Assembly (NCBI GenBank): GCA_038043525.1
Contig: JBBTBW010000016.1
Location: forward strand, 14,713-78,712
Direction of reading: 5' to 3'
Length of the DNA stretch: 64,000 bases
DNA from: Deltaproteobacteria bacterium
GTDB taxonomy: Bacteria > Desulfobacterota > GWC2-55-46
The position numbers were made by a program, and so were the translations under genes. This document shows, piece after piece, positions 9,619 through 19,275 of the stretch (within the stretch, counting starts at the first letter, position 1; every line of letters starts with the position of its first letter). The notes under the pieces were generated by a model. That model did not search any database and had not been told where the DNA came from. It was given only the letters and a program-made list of their open reading frames with translations.

Positions 9619-10566
9619 ATGAGGGCGATAGTCTTTGATGAGGGGTTAAGGTTTGCAGGTGATCACCCTGAGCCTGTATGCGCGCAAGGCGAAGCGCTTG
9701 TCAAGGTCTCTTGTGCAGGGGTCTGCGCGACTGACATAGAGATAACAAAAGGGTATATGGGTTTTACAGGCATCCTCGGCCATGAGTTCTCAGGCAGGGT
9801 CGTAAGCAAGGGAGGCGCTCTTTCAGGAAGGCGCGTAGTCGGCGAGATAAACGTACCGTGCGCGAGGTGCGCCCTTTGCGGCAAAGGGCTTGAAAGGCAC
9901 TGTCCGAAAAGGACCGTCATCGGGATATACGGCAGGGACGGTGCCTTTGCCGATTACGTAAGTCTGCCGGAATCCAACCTCCATCCGCTCCCGGACTCTG
10001 TCTCTGACAGGGAGGCTGTCTTTGTTGAACCTATTGCTGCGGCCTTTGAGATATTGGAACAAGTGAGTATTGACAAGGATACCAGAGTCGCTGTCATAGG
10101 CGATGGAAGGCTAGGGCTTCTCATCGCGCAGGTGATGGCGCTTTCAAGGTGCAACCTGACAGTGATAGGAAGGCACTCGGAAAAACTTTCGACCTTAGAT
10201 GCCATGGCGATAGATACGAAGGTCGGCTATGACGGCCTCGGCAGGGAGTTTGACGTTGTCATCGACGCCGCAGGTACGAATGAAGGGCTGGCAAGCGCCC
10301 TTGATATCGTTGTCCCTAAAGGGACGATAGTATTGAAGACAACGGTCGCAGGCAACAGAGATGTAGACCTTAACAGGGTGGTAATAGATGAGGTCAGTCT
10401 CGTCGGGTCGCGATGCGGCCCGTTCGCCCCTGCTATCGAGGCGCTTGCAGAGGGCAAGGTGAAAGTGGGCGCTCTAATCGACAGCGTCTTTAAGCTTGAA
10501 GACGGCGTTCATGCGATAGAGCGCGCATCACAAAAAGGCGTTTTGAAGGTGCTTCTGGAGATGTAA
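9619..10566 (+). CDS. zinc-dependent alcohol dehydrogenase (MDR family)
   Basis: CAGVCATD...GHEFSG catalytic Zn motif, structural Zn cysteines (CARCALCGKGLERHC), NAD Rossmann (VIGDGRLG). AAGGAGA SD upstream. Confidence 0.85.
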   Translation: MRAIVFDEGLRFAGDHPEPVCAQGEALVKVSCAGVCATDIEITKGYMGFTGILGHEFSGRVVSKGGALSGRRVVGEINVPCARCALCGKGLERHCPKRTVIGIYGRDGAFADYVSLPESNLHPLPDSVSDREAVFVEPIAAAFEILEQVSIDKDTRVAVIGDGRLGLLIAQVMALSRCNLTVIGRHSEKLSTLDAMAIDTKVGYDGLGREFDVVIDAAGTNEGLASALDIVVPKGTIVLKTTVAGNRDVDLNRVVIDEVSLVGSRCGPFAPAIEALAEGKVKVGALIDSVFKLEDGVHAIERASQKGVLKVLLEM

Positions 10567-10573
10567 GGTCAGA

Positions 10574-11617
10574 TCAGCATATCCTCGGGAGCTGTTCGCC
10601 AGAAGGCATATCGATTATGCGCCTGTTGCCGATCCGTGTCTCCATCAGGAGCCGGCCTTTCGCCCCGGCCCCGTCTGCTCCGCTAGCCGCTCCCTCTACG
10701 ACACCGATTATGGCCGCGTCTACCCCGAGCGGGTTTTTCTTCATCGCGGCAAGGACTCGTCCGGCCGATTCGCCTGATACGACCGCAACGAGCTTGCCTT
10801 CGTTGGCAAGGGATAACGGGTCGAACCCGAGCAGCTCGCACGCGCCTGTCACAGCGTCTTTTACAGGGAGCAGGTTCTCGTCAATGACTATAGTCGTGCC
10901 TGACGAGATGGCGAACTCATTAAGTACGGTAGCGACTCCTCCCCTTGTAGCGTCCCTCATAGCTTTTATGCACCCTCCGGCGCCTAACATGTCGGATACA
11001 AGAGCCCAGAGCGAGGCGCAGTCGCTCTCAACCGGGACTTCCATCTCTATCCCCGCCCGTTTTGTCATAACCGCTATCCCATGATCGCCTATCGTCCCAG
11101 AGACTATCACAGCGTCTCCGGGCCTGATAAGCGTCGGGGATAGAGAGAGGCCGTCTTGCACCACGCCGATGCCTGCCGTATTTATAAAGAGCTTGTCGCC
11201 CTTGCCCCTTTCTACTACCTTCGTATCTCCGGTGACGATGGAGACGCCTTGGGCCCGCGCCTCTTTTGCCATAGACTCGACGACTTTTTTTAGGTCATCG
11301 ATATCAAGCCCCTCTTCGATGATGAACCCGGCGCTCATGTACAGGGGCTTGGCTCCGCCCACGGCAAGGTCGTTTACAGTGCCGCAGACAGAGAGCTTTC
11401 CGATGTCGCCGCCCGGGAAGAATATCGGATTGATGACGTAGGAGTCGGTCGTGAAGGCGACCTGCGACTTCGGCATGGCGAATACTGCCTGGTCGTTTAA
11501 CGGCGCCAGAAGCTCGTTTGCGAACGCCCCTGCGAATACTTCTTCTATAAGCCTGCGCGTCAGAGAGCCACCACTGCCGTGCGCCAGAATGATCTTTTTG
11601 CCTCTATTATCTTCCAT
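10574..11617 (-). CDS. hypE: hydrogenase maturation protein HypE
   Basis: PurM/AIR-synthase-like fold (ILAHGSGG), C-terminal ...PRIC typical of HypE. Confidence 0.9.
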   Translation of the reverse strand: MEDNRGKKIILAHGSGGSLTRRLIEEVFAGAFANELLAPLNDQAVFAMPKSQVAFTTDSYVINPIFFPGGDIGKLSVCGTVNDLAVGGAKPLYMSAGFIIEEGLDIDDLKKVVESMAKEARAQGVSIVTGDTKVVERGKGDKLFINTAGIGVVQDGLSLSPTLIRPGDAVIVSGTIGDHGIAVMTKRAGIEMEVPVESDCASLWALVSDMLGAGGCIKAMRDATRGGVATVLNEFAISSGTTIVIDENLLPVKDAVTGACELLGFDPLSLANEGKLVAVVSGESAGRVLAAMKKNPLGVDAAIIGVVEGAASGADGAGAKGRLLMETRIGNRRIIDMPSGEQLPRIC

Positions 11618-11689
11618 GCAGGTATCTGCCTCCGGTATGTTCTATTGTTTTTTGGCTTGATTATCGCGTCGAGCGTCTGCTGTGATCCG

Positions 11690-12778
11690 TCAGACCGCCC
11701 TGTATTTGTAAAAAGCCGCGCAGGTGCCTTCAGAAGATACCATGCACGGGCCTACCGGGAATTCAGGGGTGCAGACCTTGGCGAAAAGAGGGCATCCTTC
11801 AGGCCTGATGAGGCCTTTAAGCACTGAGCCGCAGGCGCAGCCTTTAGGTTCTTCGTCTATCCCGGGTGCGATCGAGAATCTCTTTTGAGCGTCAAACCCT
11901 GAGTAGCTATCGTTTATGGCAAGGCCGCTCCCTGGGATGTTGCCTATCCCCCTCCACAGCGCATCGGCAGGGACAAAGACCTCGGCTATGACCTCCTGTG
12001 CCTTTGTGTTGCCTTCCCACCTGACGACCCTCTCGTATTGTATCTCGATCTCATTCCTTCCTTCTTCGAACTGCCTTATGAGCATGTATATCCCGTGCAA
12101 AGCGTCGAGCGGCTCGAAGCCTGCGACCACGCACGGCGCATTGAATTCAGAGGAGATGAAGCCGTAGGCCCTCGCGCCGATGATGGCGGTGACATGCCCT
12201 GGGCATAAAAAGCCGTCTATGTCGAGTTCTCCAGCCACGAGAAGGGCCCTCATCGCTGGCGGTGTGAGCTTATGGAGCGATAAGACGGAGAAGTTTTTGA
12301 GACCCTCTTTTTTAGCGGCGATTATAGTCGCGGCGACTGTAGGCGCGGTCGTCTCGAAGCCTACGGCGTACATGACGACCTCTTTGTCAGGGTTCTGTCT
12401 GGCGATATCGAGGGAGCCAAGGGCGGAATAGACGACGCGTATGTCGGACCCGTTGGCCCGCTCCTGTTGGAGGCTCGTCTTCGATCCCGGGACCTTCATC
12501 ATATCTCCGAATGTAGCGATGATGACACCGGGGGTGACCCTTGCAAAATCTATTATCCGGTTGATGTCAGAGGCGGACGTGACGCATACAGGGCACCCCG
12601 GCCCGGAGATGAGCCTTATGTTGGCGGGAAGCGCCTGGCGTATGCCGAACCGTGAGATGGCGTGTGTGTGGGTGCCGCATATCTCCATTATGGAGACGTC
12701 CTTCGTTGATATCTCGGCAATCTTTCGTATAAGCCCCTGCGCAAGCTCTTTTTGTCTGAACTCGTCTAAGTATCTCAT
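11690..12778 (-). CDS. hypD: hydrogenase maturation protein HypD
   Basis: CGTHTHAI, GPGCPVC and C-terminal CxxC...C motifs of HypD. Confidence 0.9.
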   Translation of the reverse strand: MRYLDEFRQKELAQGLIRKIAEISTKDVSIMEICGTHTHAISRFGIRQALPANIRLISGPGCPVCVTSASDINRIIDFARVTPGVIIATFGDMMKVPGSKTSLQQERANGSDIRVVYSALGSLDIARQNPDKEVVMYAVGFETTAPTVAATIIAAKKEGLKNFSVLSLHKLTPPAMRALLVAGELDIDGFLCPGHVTAIIGARAYGFISSEFNAPCVVAGFEPLDALHGIYMLIRQFEEGRNEIEIQYERVVRWEGNTKAQEVIAEVFVPADALWRGIGNIPGSGLAINDSYSGFDAQKRFSIAPGIDEEPKGCACGSVLKGLIRPEGCPLFAKVCTPEFPVGPCMVSSEGTCAAFYKYRAV

Positions 12779-12993
12779 GATCTGCCCATCGCCTCGGCTA
12801 TGAGACGCAAGGTCTCTTCAGCCTTTTCGGTATCGAGCCTCTCTATGGCGAAACCGGCATGTACTATTACGTAGTCCCCGATAGAGGCCTCCCTCATAAG
12901 CTCGATGCTGCAGTCTTTTTTAGTGCCGCCTATCTCCACCTTGGCGAATGGGCCGTCTACTGATATTATCTTTGCCGGTATGCCGAGACACAT
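12775..12993 (-). CDS. hypC: hydrogenase maturation protein HypC
   Basis: MCLGIPAKI N-terminus (essential Cys2) on a ~70-aa OB-fold protein; GGAGG SD upstream; 4-nt overlap with hypD. Confidence 0.9.
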   Translation of the reverse strand: MCLGIPAKIISVDGPFAKVEIGGTKKDCSIELMREASIGDYVIVHAGFAIERLDTEKAEETLRLIAEAMGRS

Positions 12994-12996
12994 CTG

Positions 12997-15339
12997 CTAA
13001 CCTCCTTTCATCAGTTCCCAGGCGACAGCCGCCTGGCCGAGAGCTACCCCTCCGTCGTTCGAAGGGACCTGCTCATTTATATATACCTTGAAACCCTCTC
13101 TGGCAAGAGAGTCCATTGAGAGCGAAAGGAGGAGGCGGTTCTGGAAGGCGCCTCCGCTTAATGCCACGTCGCTTATGCCTGTAGCCTCGGCCATGGGTAT
13201 AAGGGTCTTAGTGATAATCGAGGCGAGGGTCTGATGGAACTTCGCGGCGATCTCAGAGGGAGTTTTTCCGTCAGAAACGTCCGCGACTATGGATCTTATC
13301 ATCTGAGCCAGGTCTATAGCCGTGATGCGCTCGGTAGAGCGCAAACCGTTATTCTCTATCTCGAAAGGGTAAGGGGCCGCCCGTTCGATGGGGTACTCTC
13401 TTGCCGCGGCCTCAAGGTTGACGGCGGCCTCTGCCTCGTAGGTTATCCTGTCTCTTATGCCGGCAAGCGAGGCGACGGCATCAAAGAGCCTTCCGGCGCT
13501 CGATGTCAGAGGCGTGTTGATGTCCTCATCCAGCATCTTCATTATGACTGCGCCTTCGGGTGTTGCGAACCTTGGGAAGTGTTTTTTTATGACCTCAATG
13601 GATCTTTCGCCATAAGCCTGCCGCAGATAAGAAAGGGCCATCCTCCACGGCTCTTTTACAGCCATCTCTGCGCCCGGGAGTCCAGTAGTGCCGAGGTGCG
13701 CGACCCTTTTGAAGGCCGACCTGTCGCATACGAAAAACTCTCCGCCCCAGACAGTGCCGTCTGTGCCGTAGCCTGTGCCGTCGAACGCGACCCCGAAGAT
13801 CTTTTTTCTGATCCCGTGTTCAGCCATCACGCCCGCGATGTGCGCGTGGTGGTGCTGGACCTCGACTATCCTGCCGACAGGTATCCCTTCGGATGCGGCG
13901 TACTCTGAGGCAAACGCGCTGGTGGCGTATCCCGGGTGCATGTCCCTTGCTATGATAGAAGGGTTTGACTTGAAAGAGGACCTGAGGTTCCTAAGGCTCT
14001 CTTTATAAAATTCGAGGGCGCCGGCGTTTTCCATGTCTCCTATATGGGTGCTCATGATGGCGAAGCGTCCCTTTGTAAGGCAGAAGGTATTTTTAAGCTC
14101 AGGGCCTGTCGCAAGTATATCGGCAGTATCTTCACCGAGGTCTATCGCTCCGGGGACAAAGCCCCTGGCCCTCCTTGAAAGGGAGACTCGCTTTCCGGTT
14201 ATCCTTGCGATCGAATCATCGACGCGCATATATATGTCCCTGTCGTGGAGTAGGAAGAAATCTGCCATGCCGGAGAGTTTTTCTACCGCGTCTTTGTTGG
14301 ATGTGACGATAGGCTCATCTGCCCTGTTGCCGCTCGTCATTACAAGGGCATTGAATTTTGCGCCGCTCAGGAGTATATGGTGCAAAGGGGTGTACGGGAG
14401 CATCACCCCGTATGCGGAATTGCCGGGCGCGACATGGACCGAAAGGGACCCGGTCTGTTTTTTTCCTAGAAGGACTATGGGCCGTGTCCGTTCTTCGAGG
14501 AGGTCTCTTTCCTCCGCTGAGACCTCAGCAAACCCTTCTACGGCAGATACGTCAACTGACATCACAGCGAATGGCTTGTTCGACTGAGACGCCTTTGTAA
14601 GAGAGCTTCTCTTTGAAGTACGAAGTCTTTTGACCGCCTCGTCGTTTTCAGCGTCGCACGAGAGGTGAAAACCTCCAATCCCCTTGATCGCTATGATCCT
14701 GCCTTCTTGCAAGAGCCTTACCGCCTCGTCGATTGCAGGACTGTTGACCCTTGAGACAGGCTTGCCTGTACCGTCAACGAGCCATGCCTTCGGGCCGCAT
14801 ATCTCGCAGGCGTTAGGCTGAGCGTGGAAGCGTCTGTCAGAAGGGTCGTGATATTCGGCGTCGCACGCAGGGCACATCATGAACCCAGCCATCGTCGTAT
14901 TCGGCCTGTCGTACGGCATATCTTTGATTATCGAATAGCGTGGGCCGCAGTTGGTGCAGTTTATGAAAGGGTAGAGGTGTCTCCTGTCGTTAGGGTCGAA
15001 TAGCTCGGCAAGGCACTCGGCACATACCGCAAAGTCAGGTGAGATAAGACCGAAGGCCCCTGCAAAGGAGACGGATTCCCTTATGGAGAATCCTGTGACA
15101 TCTCCGGTTAGAAAACATGGCTCTGTACGCAGGCCCGTTATCCTTGAAAGGGGCGGCGCGTTGCTTTTCAGCTCTTCAACGAACCTGTCGAGTCTGTCTC
15201 CGTACGCCTCTATTACGACGCCCTCGGAGTCGTTCAAGCAAAAGCCTCTTATCGAATGGGAGACAGCGAGGTTGTAGACGAACGGCCTGAAGCCTACGCC
15301 CTGGACGACCCCGGTGATATGTATCCGTATCCCGTCCAT
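12997..15339 (-). CDS. hypF: carbamoyltransferase HypF
   Basis: Acylphosphatase-like N-terminus (VQGVGFRPFV), two CxxC-x18-CxxC Zn fingers, YrdC/Sua5-like and Kae1-like domains. Size (780 aa) is typical. Confidence 0.9.
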   Translation of the reverse strand: MDGIRIHITGVVQGVGFRPFVYNLAVSHSIRGFCLNDSEGVVIEAYGDRLDRFVEELKSNAPPLSRITGLRTEPCFLTGDVTGFSIRESVSFAGAFGLISPDFAVCAECLAELFDPNDRRHLYPFINCTNCGPRYSIIKDMPYDRPNTTMAGFMMCPACDAEYHDPSDRRFHAQPNACEICGPKAWLVDGTGKPVSRVNSPAIDEAVRLLQEGRIIAIKGIGGFHLSCDAENDEAVKRLRTSKRSSLTKASQSNKPFAVMSVDVSAVEGFAEVSAEERDLLEERTRPIVLLGKKQTGSLSVHVAPGNSAYGVMLPYTPLHHILLSGAKFNALVMTSGNRADEPIVTSNKDAVEKLSGMADFFLLHDRDIYMRVDDSIARITGKRVSLSRRARGFVPGAIDLGEDTADILATGPELKNTFCLTKGRFAIMSTHIGDMENAGALEFYKESLRNLRSSFKSNPSIIARDMHPGYATSAFASEYAASEGIPVGRIVEVQHHHAHIAGVMAEHGIRKKIFGVAFDGTGYGTDGTVWGGEFFVCDRSAFKRVAHLGTTGLPGAEMAVKEPWRMALSYLRQAYGERSIEVIKKHFPRFATPEGAVIMKMLDEDINTPLTSSAGRLFDAVASLAGIRDRITYEAEAAVNLEAAAREYPIERAAPYPFEIENNGLRSTERITAIDLAQMIRSIVADVSDGKTPSEIAAKFHQTLASIITKTLIPMAEATGISDVALSGGAFQNRLLLSLSMDSLAREGFKVYINEQVPSNDGGVALGQAAVAWELMKGG

Positions 15340-16002
15340 TCAGGGCCTGCCTGCGCAACTGAGCTTGGCAAGGTAGTCGGAGAGGGCTTCTATCCCGGCC
15401 CCTGTCCTGCACGATGTCTCGAATATGGCGAGACCCGGGTTTATCTTAAGGGCGTTTGCCCTTGCCCTTTTGATGTCGAAGTCGGTAAACGGCGCAAGGT
15501 CTGTCTTGTTTATAACAAGGATATCCGAGGCTGAGAAGATGGCAGGGTATTTAAGCGGTTTGTCATCGCCCTCGGCGGTAGAAAGGATGGTCGCCATCAT
15601 ATCTTCCCCGAGGTCGTACTCCGCAGGGCAGACCATGTTGCCGACGTTTTCTATGATAAGTAGCCTGACCCCGGGGTTGCCGAAGACCCAGTCGAGCGCG
15701 TGGCCTACCGCGTGCGCGTCCAAATGGCAGGCCTTGCCCGTAGTGATCTGTTTCGCCGGGATGCCGCTTCTTAAGACCCTCTGACTGTCGAGGTCCGTCT
15801 GAAGATCGCCCTCGATGACTAAGGTATTCAGCCTGGGTTTGAGAAAAGGGGCGAGAGCCTCGATGAGGGAGGTCTTTCCTGCCCCCGGAGAGCTGACCAT
15901 GTTGATCGAAAAAATCCCGCGGGACTTGAGAGCCGCCCTGTTTGCCGAGGCGAGCTCGTTATTCCTTGCAAGGACCTTCTCTTCTATGAGTATCTCGTGC
16001 AT
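15340..16002 (-). CDS. hypB: hydrogenase nickel-incorporation GTPase HypB
   Basis: SPGAGKTSL P-loop and ENVGNMVCP of HypB; stop abuts the hypF start. Confidence 0.9.
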   Translation of the reverse strand: MHEILIEEKVLARNNELASANRAALKSRGIFSINMVSSPGAGKTSLIEALAPFLKPRLNTLVIEGDLQTDLDSQRVLRSGIPAKQITTGKACHLDAHAVGHALDWVFGNPGVRLLIIENVGNMVCPAEYDLGEDMMATILSTAEGDDKPLKYPAIFSASDILVINKTDLAPFTDFDIKRARANALKINPGLAIFETSCRTGAGIEALSDYLAKLSCAGRP

Positions 16003-16017
16003 CGGCCTCCGATGGGG

Positions 16018-16359
16018 CTAAAGCGCGTCGATAGAGACTATGTCAAGCTCGGTGCCGGCTATCTTTTCAACGTCCGTGCCGGAACAGGCCGGGCATATCA
16101 ACGCGAAATCAGTTATCTTCCATGTAGTCGCGCACCCGGAGCACCTGCCTGTGAGCGGCACGCCTTCGATCTCGAGTGTAGCTCCTTCGAGTTCGGTCTT
16201 TTTGATAGAGGCGTCAAAGCAGAACCTGAGCGATTCCGGGTCGATGGCCGTAAGCTCTCCTATCCGGAGCTTTACGGATAGGAGGCGCTTAAAATAGCTC
16301 TTTTTCATCTCTCCACGGATTATATCGATGATATCTTCCGTTATCGACATCTCGTGCAT
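16018..16359 (-). CDS. hypA: hydrogenase nickel-insertion protein HypA
   Basis: MHEMSI N-terminus (His2), C-terminal CxxC-x12-CxxC Zn site. Confidence 0.9.
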   Translation of the reverse strand: MHEMSITEDIIDIIRGEMKKSYFKRLLSVKLRIGELTAIDPESLRFCFDASIKKTELEGATLEIEGVPLTGRCSGCATTWKITDFALICPACSGTDVEKIAGTELDIVSIDAL

Positions 16360-16369
16360 ATCAGACCCT

Positions 16370-16864
16370 TCAGCCCTTCTTTTTAACGAAGAAGCCTGCT
16401 GCTGTAAGCTCAGAGGCGATCGCCCCTGCGACCTCAGGGAGCAGCCTTTCCATTGTATCTGTCAGTGTAAGGCCCGGGCAGACCTTTTCAGGAACGACGC
16501 CTATGACTGATGTCTCAGGCGCTCTCCCTTCAAAGGCCGCAAGCGCTAGAAATTCCCTGACCCCCACACCGTGCGCCGTCGTGAGGGTGGAATCGCCTTT
16601 GAGTATATCATCTGATTTGAGACGGCGGATGGAGCCTACCCTGCTGCCGTCTTTTATCGCGTCGACTATGACGGCATGGGTGAACCCGCAGAGTATATCG
16701 GCGAGCTTTGCCCCTGCGGTGCCGCCGTCAAGGCATTCGATCTCGCCGCCTGTAGAGTATAGACGTTCAAAGGCCTCGACAGAGCGCACACCTACCCCGT
16801 CGTCTCTCATGAGTATGTTGCCGATGCCGAGTACCAGCGCCTTTTTTTCAGGTCTTTTCTTCAT
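16370..16864 (-). CDS. [NiFe]-hydrogenase maturation endopeptidase (HyaD/HybD/HycI family)
   Basis: LVLGIGNILMRDDGVGV N-terminus and DAIKDGSRVG motif of hydrogenase maturation proteases. First gene of the minus-strand operon. Confidence 0.85.
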   Translation of the reverse strand: MKKRPEKKALVLGIGNILMRDDGVGVRSVEAFERLYSTGGEIECLDGGTAGAKLADILCGFTHAVIVDAIKDGSRVGSIRRLKSDDILKGDSTLTTAHGVGVREFLALAAFEGRAPETSVIGVVPEKVCPGLTLTDTMERLLPEVAGAIASELTAAGFFVKKKG

Positions 16865-17166
16865 CTTATGCCGATCGGAGAGGCAGTATCATCCCTGCCG
16901 GTGACCTGTCTCAGCTTGAGAAGCTCGCGACAAGTATCAAAGAGATAACGGCGATATTTACAATCGCCCCGAGAAGTATTACGATGTCCACCGGTGATGT
17001 GATATGTCTTTTAAGTTTTCGCAGCATCCGGATAGATTAATCCAGTACGGTTTTTTTGTCAATGAGGCCGCGGACATCATCTGCCACCTCTTTCGGCAGG
17101 CAGACGCACATTAAAATGTTGCCGGCACTCGAACTGCCTACGCCGTGGCGGCGATAACCGGGGGGT

Positions 17167-17197
17167 TTGTGGTCAGGTATTCTCTTGTCTTTATAAT
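17167..17197 (+). promoter_or_regulatory. candidate promoter for bd-like oxidase cluster
   Basis: Perfect TATAAT at 17192-17197, with a weak -35 (TTGTGG) 19 nt upstream, in a 428-bp divergent intergenic region. Confidence 0.25.
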
Positions 17198-17292
17198 ATC
17201 TCTTCTGGCGTCAGCAGGTTTTTTCATCCTGTTGGATATCTTTTTTTTCGACCTTCAGGGGTTGACCCTCATATTCAGGGGCTGAGATCTCT

Positions 17293-19275
17293 ATGCTGAT
17301 ATCGGGATATATGATGAGGAAGATAATAAGAGCGTTTCGCCCTCTGTCGGTCATGGCCTTCGGGCTGATTGTCTGCGCTCTGATGATATGCGTGCTTTTT
17401 GTACCTTCTGTTGCCCTGTCCTCTGAGAAGGCCGTTACATCCGGCTCAGGGGCTGAGGCAGTGGTGCAGTCAGTTCGACCCGGCCTTGCGTCAGCCGGGC
17501 AGGACCCTTCTCCTCCAGCGCCTCTTTCTGCGTCTCTCAGTTCAGCGCCAGATTATGTAAGCGGGGCAGTTGGGGTAAATGCGGCCGTCGGGAAAGGCGA
17601 GGAAGGGCAGGGCGCGCCGCAGCTCAAGGCTGGGGATTATCCGAAGATAAGGGGAGTTAACGGCAGGGTCGCCGTCTGGCTTGCGGCGCAGATGCACCTC
17701 TGGTTTGCCGCCTTCGTTCTTGCCGTTCCGATATTCGTCCTTCTCATAGAAGTCATCGGCGTCTATACCGGTAGCGACAGGTATGACGATATGGCGTACG
17801 AGTTCATACGCGTCTCCATGACCGCCTATTCAGTCACGGCTATTACAGGCGGAGTACTGCTACTCGGCCTTGTCGTCTTTTATCCGGATCTCATGAAGTA
17901 CCTCTCGCGCATCTTCGCCCCTACGATGATCATCTATGCCGTCCTTTTCTTCGTCGAGACAGGGGCGCTATACGTCTATTATTACGGCTGGCGCTCTATG
18001 AGAAGAGGGAGGCTCAAATGGGCGCATCTCGGCGTAGGGTTGGTATTGAACACGGCAGGGACCTCTCTCATGCTTATTGCAAACGCATGGGTGACGTTCA
18101 TGATGACCCCTTCAGGGGTGGGGCCTTCCGGGATCTTTGACGGCAACGTATGGCACGCCGTTAACAATCACCTCTGGTCGCCGATGAACCTCCACAGGTT
18201 CATCGCCAACATAGCCTACGGCGGGTCTATCGTCGGGGCCTACGCCGCTTACAGGTTCTTAAGTGCAAGGACCGAAGAGGCGAGAGCGCACTACGACTGG
18301 ATGGGTTATACCGCCAACCTCATCGCCATAGGGGCTCTGCTGCCGCTCCCGTTCGCAGGGTACTGGCTCACAGCCGAGATATACGCCTACAGCCAGCAGA
18401 TGGGGATAAACCTGATGGGCGGGGTCTTCGCGTGGCTCTTCATAATACAAGCTGTCATAATCGGGGCGCTTTTTCTGGCGGCCAATTATTATCTCTGGTG
18501 CGGCTTTGAAAGAAGCGAGGGAGGCCGCCGTTATACGCCTTATATAAAGTATATAGCCTTAGCCCTGCTCGCATCTTTTCTCGTATGGTTCACTCCTCAC
18601 TCGCTTGTAATGACTCCGTCCGAGGCGGCCCGGTTAGGCTCACAGTACCATCCGTGGCTCGCGCCGCTGGGGCTGATGCCTGCAAAGAACATAGCTGTCA
18701 ACGTCATGCTCCTTGCGACGTTCCTGAGTTTTCTCTTCTACCGGAGGACGAACAGGGTCGCTGTCGTAGGGTGGGCAAAGACCGGCAGCGCAATCCAGGC
18801 CGCCGTCTTTTGCGCGGGGCTTATAAACATAGTCGTCCTCGGTGTCTATTACGGGTATTATACGAACTCCGTCTACAAGGTCGCCTCGTCCGTTCCTCAG
18901 GTAGCGACTACCCTTGCGGTCATCATCGGGATACTTGTTATCGAAAGGCTGGTCTTTAAGGGGGCGAGGGAGGTCGGGCCTTTTAAATGGGGCAGGATGC
19001 CGGGTAGAAGCCAGTACGCATTGGTCCTTATAGCCGTATCTTTTACGTGGCTGATGGGGCTAATGGGTTTCATACGCTCGGCGATAAGACAGAACTGGCA
19101 CGTCTACTCGGTCATGAAAGATGCGTCCGTAGACGCCTTTACCCCGACTATAGCTTACGCGGCAAACGTGGTATCCATCGGCACGGTAGCCTTCATGTCT
19201 ATCGTGGTCTTCATATTCTGGCTGAGCCGGAAAGGGCCCAGTGACAGCGGCAAGGGCGTAAGTGATGAAGAATAA
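17293..19275 (+). CDS. cytochrome bd-like (CydA-like) polytopic membrane protein with N-terminal extension
   Basis: About 14 predicted TM helices. Segment GRVAVWLAAQMHLWFAAFVLAVPIFVLLIEVIG resembles the CydA N-terminus (RWQFA.T..FH..FVP). TM1 is followed by a Ser/Ala/Pro-rich spacer (residues ~40-110). Function inferred. Confidence 0.6.
   Translation: MLISGYMMRKIIRAFRPLSVMAFGLIVCALMICVLFVPSVALSSEKAVTSGSGAEAVVQSVRPGLASAGQDPSPPAPLSASLSSAPDYVSGAVGVNAAVGKGEEGQGAPQLKAGDYPKIRGVNGRVAVWLAAQMHLWFAAFVLAVPIFVLLIEVIGVYTGSDRYDDMAYEFIRVSMTAYSVTAITGGVLLLGLVVFYPDLMKYLSRIFAPTMIIYAVLFFVETGALYVYYYGWRSMRRGRLKWAHLGVGLVLNTAGTSLMLIANAWVTFMMTPSGVGPSGIFDGNVWHAVNNHLWSPMNLHRFIANIAYGGSIVGAYAAYRFLSARTEEARAHYDWMGYTANLIAIGALLPLPFAGYWLTAEIYAYSQQMGINLMGGVFAWLFIIQAVIIGALFLAANYYLWCGFERSEGGRRYTPYIKYIALALLASFLVWFTPHSLVMTPSEAARLGSQYHPWLAPLGLMPAKNIAVNVMLLATFLSFLFYRRTNRVAVVGWAKTGSAIQAAVFCAGLINIVVLGVYYGYYTNSVYKVASSVPQVATTLAVIIGILVIERLVFKGAREVGPFKWGRMPGRSQYALVLIAVSFTWLMGLMGFIRSAIRQNWHVYSVMKDASVDAFTPTIAYAANVVSIGTVAFMSIVVFIFWLSRKGPSDSGKGVSDEE

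Noticed and set aside
13234-14587. Several 180-224-aa plus-strand ORFs inside hypF
   Set aside because: Antisense to a clearly conserved multi-domain hypF; Arg/Ser-rich translations typical of GC-rich antisense frames.
16865-17292. Looked for [NiFe]-hydrogenase small or large subunit genes, or remnants, upstream of the maturation endopeptidase
   Set aside because: Only a 428-bp intergenic region with promoter-like elements; no ORF with hydrogenase motifs (no RxCGxC or DPCxxC) on either strand.
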